A stretch of DNA of 64,000 nucleotides. It comes from the human T2T-CHM13v2.0 reference genome, Homo sapiens. The position numbers and the translations under genes were made by a program. Below are positions 53,801 through 64,000 of the stretch, in pieces (the first letter of the stretch is position 1; every line of letters starts with the position of its first letter). The notes below the pieces were generated by a model. It saw only the letters and a program-made list of their open reading frames with translations, was not told the origin of the DNA and ran no database searches. Location: the NCBI RefSeq assembly GCF_009914755.1, contig NC_060942.1; one strand, given 5' to 3'.

Positions 53801-56420
53801 ATAACCACATACAAATTAGACAACATGTTTCTGAGCGACCAATGGGTCAATGAAGGAATTAAGAAGGAAACAAAAACTTCATTAAAACAATAAAAACAGA
53901 AAGACAACATACAAAAATCTATAGGATACAGCAAAAGCAGTATTTTTAGTAGAAGTTTATAGCAATAAATGCCTATATGAAAAAAGGAAAAAGACTTCAA
54001 ATAAAAGACCTAATGATGCACTTCAAGGAATTAGAAAATCAAGAACAAAAATCAAACCCAAAGTTAGTAGAAGGAAAGAAATAATAAAAATTAGAGCATA
54101 AATAAATAAAATTGGAACTAAAAAAATACAGAAAATCAATGAACTGAAAAGTTGTTTTTTTAAAGATACACAAAATTGACAAACTTTTAGCTAGACTAAG
54201 AAAAAAAGAGAGAACATCCAAATAAATAAAATTAAATGAAAAAGGAGACATAGTGACTGAGAGCACAGAAATACAAAGAATTGGAGACTATTATGTACAA
54301 CTATATTGTCAACAAATTGAAAAACCTAGAAGAAATGAATAAATTTCTGGAAACATACAACTTATCAAGATTGAACCATGAAGTGATAGAAACTTCGATA
54401 AAACAACAGTGAGTAATGAGATCAAAGCTGTAAGAAAAAGCCTACCATCGAAGAAAAGCCCAGGACCTGATAGCTTCACTGCTGAATTCCACCAAACATT
54501 TATTTATATTTATTTGTTGAGATGAAGTCTCACTCACTCTGTCACCCAGGCTGGAGTGCAGTGACATGATCTCAGCTCATTGCCACCTCCACCTCTCAGG
54601 TTCAAGAGATTCTCCTGTCTCAGCCTCCTGAACAGCTGAGATCACAGATGTGCACCACCATGCCTGGCTAATTTTTGAATTTTTAGTAGACATGGGTTTT
54701 TGCCATGTTGGCCAGGCTGGTCGCAAACTCCTGATCTCAAATAATCCACCTGCCTCAGCCTCCCAAAGTGCTGGGATTAACAAGTGTGAGCCACCATGCC
54801 CAGCCCTCTACCAAACCTTTAAAGAAGAACTAATACCAATTGTACTCAAACTCTTCAGCAAAACTGAAGAAAAGAGAATACTTCCAAACTCATTCTATAA
54901 GCCCAGAATTACCCCGATACCTAAACCAGACAAGGGCACAAGTGAAAAATAACACTACAGGCCATCATTACTGATGAACACAGATGAAAAAATCCTTAAC
55001 AAAACACTAGCAAAGTGAATTCAACAACATTACAACATATTAAAAAGATCATTCACCATGATCAAGTGCGATTCATCCCAGGATGCAAGACTGGTTCAAT
55101 GTATGCAAATTAATAAATATAATACATTGTATTATTAGAACCAAGAATAAAAGGCTTATGATCATTTCAATAGATACTGAAAAAGAATTAGGTAAAATTC
55201 AACATGGCTTTATGATAAAAACCTTCATCAAATATGTTAATATAAGGAGTTTAAACAACTCAACAGCAAAAAAGCAAACAAACAATTCAATTAAAAAGTG
55301 GACAAAGGACAGGAGTAGACATCTCTCAAGAAAAGACATACAAATGACTAACAGGTATATGAACAAATGCTCAACATCACTAATCATCAGAGAAATGCAG
55401 ATCAGAAAACACTTATCAGAATAAATTAATATAAGGAGCTCAAACAATAGCAAAAAAGCAAACAAACAATTAAATTAAAAAGTAGACAAAGGACATGAAT
55501 AGACATCTCTCATAAAAAAGACGTACAAATGACCAACAGGTATGTAAAAAAATGCTCAACATCACTAAGCATCAGAGAAATGCAAATCAAAACAACAATG
55601 ATATATCGTCTCACCCCAATTAGAATGGCTTTTATCAAAAAGATAAGGAGTAACAGCTGCTGGTAAGGATATGGAGAAAGGGGGACCCTTGTATACTGTT
55701 GGTGGGAAGGTTAATTAATACAGCCACTAAGGAAATCAGTATGAAGTTTCCTTTAAAAACTAAAACTAGAGCTAACATATATCCAGCTGGGTATATATCC
55801 AAAAGAAAGGAAATCCATATATCAAAGAGATATCTGTACTTCCATATTTATTGGAGTTGTATGTATAATAGCCAAAATATGAAATCAACCGTTGTGTCCA
55901 TCATTGGATGAATGGATAATAAAAATGTGATATATATACAATGGAATATCATTCAGCCATGAAAAATGAAATCCTGTTATTTGCAGCAACATAGATGAAA
56001 CTGGAGGTAATTGTATTAAGAGAAATAAGTCAGGCAAAGAAAAACAAAAACAAACATTATATGTTCTCATATGTGGGAACTAAAAAAGTGGATCTCATGA
56101 AGACTGAGAGTAGATTGGTGGCTACCAGAGGCTGGGAAGGGTAGAGGAAGAGAGGGATGAAGACAGGTTGATCAATGGGTATAAATATACACTTAGAAGA
56201 AATAAAACATAGTGTTTGATAGATCAGGTGGGTGACCGTAGTTAACATTAATCAATTGTACATTTCAAAATGGCTAGAAGAGAATAATTAGAAAGGATTA
56301 ATATTTAAAGTGTTGGATATCCCAATTACCCTGATTTGATTATTTGAAGGTATCAAATTATCACAAGTACTCTGAAAATATATATATTTCTTATATACCT
56401 ATAAAAATAAAAAATAAAAA
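50821..56420 (+). mobile_element. L1MA-type LINE-1 with 5'UTR, ORF1, internally deleted ORF2, 3'UTR and A-tail
   Basis: ORF1 fragments (MDQSEGRISELED; ARREWDGSFKVLKE); ORF2 start ATGGCAATAGTAAGTCC (~53112); GDFNTP and LPNSFY...ITPIPKPDK; many stops; A-rich tail at 56401-56420. Confidence 0.9.
54500..54805 (-). mobile_element. Alu (old S/J) inserted in L1 ORF2
   Basis: Full Alu; imperfect TSD ACCAAACATTTA / ACCAAACCTTTA. Confidence 0.93.
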
Positions 56421-57125
56421 ATTCATCATTGACAACATGATTATGGTCTCAAAGGATCATCATAATATTTTGTGTATCACTCACTGAAAGATTAATTATA
56501 CTAATAGTCTTAAAATAATAGATCAGTAATAATCTTTGCTCTGTATTAAAATTTTCAGAACATTTGTTAAACATTTGCTAAACATTTACTAGATGTTATT
56601 ATTTGTGTTTAGTAAAAAATAATGAGTGGAGTTCTGTTTTATTCACTATTTATATTCACACACACAGGCACATGTACATCCACATGCACTCTTCTGCATG
56701 TACACAACACTCTTTCTCAGTGTATTCCAGGGTGGGGAAAAATTAATGTCCACAGCAGGGAAATATTAAAAGCATATTCATGAGTCAGAATTCTGTTTTT
56801 AGTTCTATTGTGAAGGGTAATTGTTTGTTACTGTAAATAATAGCATGTGCCTTGGTTGAAGTTTTCAGCATGGGGCAATATTAACTGTGTATATCCCTCT
56901 GTGAAATGCAAGCTCTTTTGATTTACTTCTAAGTAAATCTAACACAATATCACTTAATATCAGGCATTGATTACTCACATAGGCACAGAAGACTTTTTTT
57001 CACCCAAAATAAACAACAAACATCAACAGATGTAGCACAGTGGTCCAAACATCAGGACAATCACAAGATAAGCTCATTAGGAAGTTTCCAGTCACTTTTT
57101 TTTTTCAAGATGAGTGATTGACCTC

Positions 57126-57241
57126 AAAATCAAATTCCAGGTGTTTTCTTATGCAGGCACAGAAAAACAAAAACAAACATTATATGTTCTCACTCATATG
57201 TGGGAACTAAAAAAAATCGAATTCCAGGTGTTTTCTTATGC
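57126..57241 (+). other. 58-bp L1-derived insert flanked by 29-bp direct repeats
   Basis: AAAATC(A/G)AATTCCAGGTGTTTTCTTATGC at 57126-57154 and 57213-57241; the insert matches 56031-56087. Confidence 0.9.
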
Positions 57242-58074
57242 CCTTCAGGATTACACATTTGATCCAAACCAGTCAATTCTTTAGAAATTTATTTTAGAGT
57301 AAACAACCTGTCATGGGCAGAATACCAAGTAATTCTGTTGAAACTAAAAGAACACTTTGCTTGGTCATTGAATAAATGTGTTAATTGCTCTTTTCTGCCA
57401 TAGATTTTAGTCTAACTTTTGTCCTTCACTCTGGCATATCTGAAATGCTGCTTATAAATCTAAAGAACTAGAAATGTAGAGCTGATGGCTGTAATATTCA
57501 ATTTACAGTACCTAATACTAACAACATAGGTCTTCCAGAAGTGGCTTATAAATATTGATTTTACAATGGAAACCTCCAGAAAGAACATAAAAATAATTCT
57601 ACACACAATATTCTAGAGATTTTTTTAATGTGAGGACCCAAAGCAATCTACTCTGAGTGTGACTGATGTCCTCATTGCCCTTGTCTAGGAGCTGGTGGCC
57701 TCCTGGTCTGTTGCCACAGCCCGTTGCTAAACAGTTAAACCTATTGGCATGCGTGTCGTACCCCTGCCCAGCGGTCCCCTAAGCAAGCCACAAATCTTCC
57801 TTGCTCTGGATGACAGTTAATGAACTGTAAAAGTCTTGCACCAATATTTCTACTTCATCTGCAAGCTCGAAGAAGGCAAATTTGTTTTTCACCCTCGAAA
57901 AGAACCCGCTGTATTTCTCAGGCAGACAAAAATGATTTGTTTGTGTGGATCTCTTTTTAGTTAGGAGAATATCTTTGGGGCTTGGAAATTCGATTCAGAA
58001 AAAAACCACAAGCTTCTAATTATTTCAGGATGTTTTATGTGCCTGGATGTGTTTTATTACCCCAACTATATTGC

Positions 58075-58210
58075 AAGCTCTTCTAACTCTGTGACCTTGA
58101 GCAAGCCACTTAACCTCTCTGGGCTTATTTTCCCCTCTGTAACATGAGGATTACAATACCTGGTGTTATTACCTCACAAAATTCCTCAGAAAATCAAATG
58201 AGATGGTCAC
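58075..58210 (+). mobile_element. MIR SINE
   Basis: CTCTGTGACCTTGAGCAAGCCACTTAACCTCTCTGGGC...CTGTAACATGAGG core. Confidence 0.85.
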
Positions 58211-59179
58211 TATTATGCTTTCTTAAAGATCATTTAAAATGACTCGATTAAACATCATATTAATTCTCAAGAGCTTTAAATTACATTCATCATAACACAA
58301 TTTATGTATATATATATGTGTGCGTATATATCTTTATGTGTATTTAGATATATATGATATATACATGTATTTAGATACATATATATTCCCTCACCCACTG
58401 AACAGGTTCTGTGATATATTGTTTTTACAGATTAAGCAAAATGAAATATAACTGAACATGAGAAAGCAACTGATTAGGAGCAAGTGTAACAATACATTTT
58501 AAGAAACATCTACTGCACATTCTGGGATAATTGCTTTAGGCATATCCCTAGTCATATTATTTGCTCAACTTTTGACTGGAGCCGCTTCATAAATTCTAAT
58601 GTCCTTCTAAATTGTTGCCTCAGTTGTGTTCTGTTTAAGATTTACCAAAATGGTACCATTAGAAATGCTGCTAATGTATTATTCCTTTTCTCATTTATCC
58701 TTCTGTGATTTTAGAAAAAAAAAAAATCTGTTCCTTTTAGTTTCTTCTCTCTTTTCCCAGCTGGCACCATCTCTTGTCTTAGGCAGCTGGGATGTGGAGC
58801 ACAGTATTCCTGAACCAAGTGTTGAAGTTGATTGTTGATACATACTTCTCAGAGGCTGATCTTTCTGAGAATCCTACTAATTTCACTACAAAATTTATCA
58901 GAATAATTCCCGGGTCTCTTTTAAAGCAGATTTAGCTCCAACTTGTGCTGGAGAACTTCATCAGTGTAGTTTTTACAGGTTCTAATATCAGTCCAAATCA
59001 CAACTTTCAGTTGTGGTATAACAGGTCCACCAGCAGAAGGCATTCTCTGCATCTACTGTAGAATCCAAAAGAGCTTCTTGTATGGCAGGATTGTCCCTTC
59101 CAGTTGCTGGGTCTGTGTCTTCAAAATGTTGATATTAATAAAGCTTTTGTCATTGTCTATCTCTTCTTTTGAAATTTCT

Positions 59180-60950
59180 TCATTCACTTTTTAAAAAATT
59201 CACCACAATGCATACTTTATACAGATTTGCTTAGTTTTTACTTAATGCCTTTTCTTGTTGTTCCAGGATCCCATCCAAGAGACCACATTCCATTAGTTGT
59301 TATGTCTCCTTAGGCCCCTCGAGACTGTGACATCTTCTTGGACATTCTTTATTTTTGATGACCTTGACAGTTTGAGGGATAGAGTACAGGTCAGGTATTT
59401 TGTAGAGACTGTCCCTCAATTTGGATTTTTCTAATTTTGTTCCTCATGATTAGGCTGGGGTTATAGGTTTTTGGGAGGAAGAGCACAGGGGTAATACAGT
59501 TAGCCTCATTATATTATCCTTCAGTATCTCACTAAATCATATCAAGGGTACATATGATTTGTTTGACTGAGCACTACTGACTTTGACCTTGATCACCTAG
59601 CCAAGGTATTGTTTGTCAGATTTCTCTATAGCAAATTACTGCCTGCTCCCCATTCACCTTTCCATATTGTACTTTTTGCAAGGAAATCAGTATAGATAGC
59701 TCACATTTTGGTCGGGGGGAGTTATGCTCCACATACTAGAGGTGGAGTATTCACATAAATCACTTGGAATTGTTCTTCACAGATTTGTCCCTTTTACTCC
59801 AATTATTTATTTTTAAAATCATCTATATCTGTATAGACTCATGGATATTTATTTTATAGTTTGGGTTATAATTTTATTTTGGCACTCAAATTGACCCAGA
59901 GTTGGCCATTGGGAACTCTTATAGTTGTCTCCTATTGATGTATCCTATTACCTTGGACCCCCTGTCTCCACCCTTTCTCTCTTTTCCCCTCCCCTTCCTT
60001 ACCTTCCCTACTTCCTCTCCCCAGCCCCGCTTTCTCTTTCTTTCTTAGCGCTTTCTTACTTTTTGGCACTATAAGGTGCTACTCCAGGCTTATCTTCTGT
60101 GTTTCCTTCACTAGTGCTAGAACAGGCAATTTCTTCAAGGATCCCTGGTTCCTTTTATTGCAGAATGATATAAGGAACCAAGATCTGAGCACTAGGTGTG
60201 CCATAAAGATGTTGTTTCTTTTAGGCTTTCTTAGCTGACAGAAGAGAGAATTATATGTATATGTGCTAACCTGTGTACATACACCTATTTACAAATATTT
60301 ATACATTTAACTATATTAAGCTGAAAATGAGCAAATCTCTCTCTTTTTTTTTTTTTTTTTTTGAGACAGAATCTCTGCTTTCAGGCTGGAGTGCAGTGGC
60401 ATGATCTTGGCTCACTGCAACTTCCGCATCCTGGGCTCAAGTGATCCTCAACCTTCCAAGTAGCTGGGACTACAAGAGTGCACCACCACACGCAGCTACT
60501 TCCCATGTTTTTTGTAGAGATGAGGTTTCACTACGTTGCCAAGGCTGGTCTTGAACTCGGGCTTAAGCAATTCTCCTGCCTTGGACTCCCAAAGTGCTAG
60601 GATTATAGGCATGAGCCACCACACCCAGCAGAGTTAATTCTAACATCTTTAACTCTAATCTATTACCATATGAGTCATTCTAGCCTCCTCCACTTGCCTG
60701 TAATCTGTGTAGGAAAGCCTTTATCAGTTTGGATACAGTGCTTGTGTACAGTTTCTTTTGCCTTTAGTCTTAAGGTCTCTGCTCATTTCCAAAGTTGCTT
60801 AAATCAGCACCTTTTCTCTATACTTCTTTCAGTGAGGTTTTTCATATTCTTGTAACACAGTTGATTGTCCCTATTCTGCATTCCATCCTGTAATTCCCTG
60901 ACTTCATTAATGATTTTTTTTAATTGTCTTCATCCATTTATACACTTTCT
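59180..60950 (-). mobile_element. L1MC-type 3' region
   Basis: TTCCAGGATCCCATCCAAG...TGATGACCTTGACAGTTTGAGG...GGTCAGGTATTTTGTAG; ATTTCTTCAAGGATCCCTGGTTCCTTTTATTG. Confidence 0.8.
60344..60630 (-). mobile_element. AluJ
   Basis: GGGCTCAAGTGATCCTC and CACTACGTTGCC are J-type; small deletions present. Confidence 0.9.
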
Positions 60951-61129
60951 AAACTATAGTTTCTTGGCCTTTTCAGGCACCAATGCATATATATTAATAC
61001 TTCTTTACCTAAAAATTCAAGTACATAGCATGTTGCTCTTTGTATTAATCTGTGCTTTTACTCATAGATAAAAGAATCCACTTTAGCTAGTTTGAAATAT
61101 ATTATTAGTAATAATAACAACAGAAGCAA

Positions 61130-61370
61130 CAACAACCATAATGTAACATTAATGTATTTACCATGTGTCAGGATGCATTCTAAATGCTTTACCTATATTA
61201 ACTCCTTTATACTGTATGAAAACCCTATGCAACAGCTACCTATTTGTACCACTTTTCAGATAAGGAAACTGGCATAAAGCAGTGAGATAACTTGCCTGAG
61301 ATCACACAATTATTAAGCGGCAGAGCCAGGATTGGAGCCCAGGCTACTTTCCCTAGCTCCCAGAGTCACA
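61130..61370 (-). mobile_element. MIR SINE
   Basis: CACTTTTCAGATAAGGAAACTG...AACTTGCCTGAGATCACACA...GGCAGAGCCAGGATTGGAGCCCAGG. Confidence 0.88.
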
Positions 61371-61759
61371 AAAAGGACTAGAGGGACAATTCTAGGCTGA
61401 TTTCTACTAACAACTCCTGGAAACACCCTGAGGAACTGGCCACTGATCCCAGGACCCCACTGCCCTATCCATGATAGCAAGTGGCCTCTCCTGCTTCCCC
61501 CACTTCCAATCATAGAAACTTGTGGCCTCTGCCACCCCCCGGGCTGCAAAATGGAAATCCCATACCTGCCATTTCCTCACTTCCAAATCATAGGCCCTTG
61601 CAGTTAGGTCTGGTTGAAAGAAACTAAATCACATGCCTGAACCTTAGTATCTCAAGAGACTTAGACTTGTACTGTTATAGTAGAACCATCATATTCTTAG
61701 TGCTGCTTCAGTGTGTGTTTTGTAATTAGCTAAGCAACAAGAAAATAAAACATTGTGTT

Positions 61760-61915
61760 TTGGATTCTCATAACAATCCTAGTTCTAGACGAGGAAACTG
61801 AGGCACACAGAGTAAGATAACTTTTCCAAGGTCACACAGGTAATAAATGGGTAAGTCAAGTTTTGAACTTGATAGTCTATTGTAAAAAATTAAGCTCTTA
61901 ACCACTCAGCAATAT
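61760..61915 (-). mobile_element. MIR SINE
   Basis: AGACGAGGAAACTGAGGCACACAGAG...CCAAGGTCACACAG...GCTCTTAACCACT. Confidence 0.88.
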
Positions 61916-63120
61916 TGCAAACTATTTTTCTAGACAGTGAGGTAATGCAAAATGGTGCATGGACAAGAGATTTTGCATTTTTTTCTGTTGTTTTATTTCT
62001 GGTAGCTTAGCTACTTTAGCTGAGTGCTATCTCCCAAATTCATAAGCCCACAGACACCACCTCCCAGGCTGGGTACCACCACAACCCTGGGTACTGCACC
62101 TTACAAGCTTGAGAACATGAAAAACGTCTCTAAGGACAGAAAAATCTTAGAGGGGGCCTCTGGTAGCTTCTTGGTTACAGAGCTGCTTCTATAGCTCTGG
62201 CCTCCTACTATGCAGCAACTTAAAACATTAAAGGAGCTTTAAAGTTATAAAATGTTATCATCACTAGCAATAATTTTGGAGGGGCAGGGATAGTGTCTCC
62301 TTATTACTTTTGACTTCCCTATAGTGCCCACACATTTGCAACTAGTGGGCCTTCAATCACTCCTTTATACAAGAGGGAATAAAGAAAAAAAATTTTGAAC
62401 TCCTTTCAAGGGCTGCAGCATGCTGCAGGCTATAATTTGCGTGAGCCCTGGCCTCTCCTCACCAATCTTGAGTTTACATCCTGGGAGAATGGGTGAGGCT
62501 ACTGCAGAATCAATAGTTGGAGAAGGCAGTGAAGTCTCACGAGATTTGCTCTCTCTCATTCCCTGTGTGAGGCTTAGAATTCAGCTGGGAGTAAGAGGTT
62601 ACTCATTTGTCCCTATGAGAATTAATCACTTTTGTGGCCAGCCTCACCTTATTTAGTTGACTTTCATCTCATGCTCCTCCTCACTGTCTTCTTCCCATTA
62701 GCTGCTGTGTGCGTGGGGAATACCAAGCAACCTTCACAGTGATCCCAGTGAAGTGCAATCAAGAAGGGAACTATGCTGGCTACAGAAATCACAAACAGCA
62801 TTAAGTATTCAAATATCAATGAGTTTTGGATTATTTGTGCCACTGCATACCCAATTTTCCCTCTCCTGCATGAATAACCTGCAAGACATCTAGTGCCCCG
62901 GGGAGGGGTTGGGGATGGTCTCTTTAGTGGACTCCAATCCAAAGCACATTTTACAGGACTACTCCCTTCACCTGATGCAACTCTCTCCTCCTTTTACATT
63001 TCAACCTCCTCCACCCCATTCTAACTCTAGGGGAGGGTTTTCCAGAGGGTCAAAAGGGTGATATATTCTCACTTTAAGGCCAGGTCCAGATTAGGACTTC
63101 TACAGAGCCGGCGTACACTC

Positions 63121-63551
63121 TGTGGATGATTGTATTATTTCTCTCAAGTATGTGCTCTCTCCTTCTCTATTATACGTGCCCTTTTATGGCCATGGGACTT
63201 GTAGTCCTCCTGAGGGAGCAGCTTACATCCCTCTTTACTTGGCCATGTGACAGGCTTTGGCCAAAGGGATGTGAGCAGAAGTGTTGTCTGCCTTGTGTAA
63301 AAGTTGCTTTAAAAGGCACCATGGGTTCCATGAATTCTGCTCTGTTTCCTCTTCCACAAGTATGCCATGTCCCGAATATGGGCTGCTTCTTCAGCCTGGG
63401 TCTTAGAGAGAGAAAACATGGGGAACAGGGCTGGGAAGAACCACCACAAATGACCTGCACCAGCCAACAATTAAAATTCATGATCAATAAATGCTGGTTA
63501 TTATAAGCCAGTGGAATTTGGGGGTTCTTACTGCAGTAAAACTGACTGATA
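63121..63551 (+). mobile_element. MLT1I-like MaLR solo LTR
   Basis: TTGGCCATGTGACAGGCTTTGGCCAAAGGGATGTGAGCAGAAGTG...TTCAGCCTGGGTC...AATAAATGCT...TAAGCCAGTGGAATTTGGGG. Confidence 0.8.
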
Positions 63552-64000
63552 TTCTCATGTATAATTCAAACTAAGAACTATCCTGAAGGTTAGGGATGCC
63601 CAATAAATTGTAATTTTCTCTCCCAACCACAATGATTACTTCAATGATTTATTGGACCTCACTGAATATCAATTTATTTATAACATTTGTTTCCTCATTT
63701 TGTTATGGCCACCTGCTGTGTGTGTGTGTGTGGAGGGGAGGGGGGCGGTGCTCCAAACATGAGCTCAGCCTCCCTCTTGGGTAATCCTGAAGAAACCATG
63801 CTTAAATGGACAAAAGTAATGGTTCCCGGTAAGTCAGGATACCCAGTGGCTTATGCATTAATCAGCTTTGTGTGATTTTCAGCAAGTAATAAAACCTGAC
63901 TGTTACTCAGATGATTCATTTTTTAAAAGCAGCAGCTTAGACCAAATAACTTCAGGTTTGATTCAGCTATAAAATTTATAAGGTCTGGGGGGGACTAATA

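Noticed and set aside
57779-57970. Minus-strand stop-free stretch (...LPEKYSGFFSRVKNKFAFFELADEVEILVQDFY...)
   Set aside because: No start codon or convincing splice acceptor seen and no recognised homology; the length is compatible with chance.

Overview
This window is primate (human-like, hominoid) non-coding DNA, either intergenic or intronic. It is dominated by interspersed repeats, and I can support no host protein-coding exon, RNA gene or CRISPR array. Main contents: a two-LTR MER4A1/MER4-int provirus (552-7755); a 5'-truncated ERV1 remnant with a recognisable but stop-disrupted env TM region and a 3' LTR (~16730-18582); several solo LTRs (MER50, MER57B, THE1, MLT1 types); 11 Alus; an L1PA2-like 3' fragment with an open ORF2 C-terminus; two long older L1s; L2, MIR and DNA-transposon relics; and a 52-bp minisatellite. 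The most notable signals that repeat annotation does not explain are: (i) two short sequences apparently copied from ~1 kb away into new sites (35279-35303 and 57155-57212); (ii) two fold-back/hairpin-derived AT-rich patches; (iii) two local duplications; (iv) a strong CTCF motif with an upstream module next to the minisatellite. I found no evidence for a new multi-gene biological system. Repeat family names come from recalled consensus sequences, not from a database search, and boundaries of old repeats are approximate.
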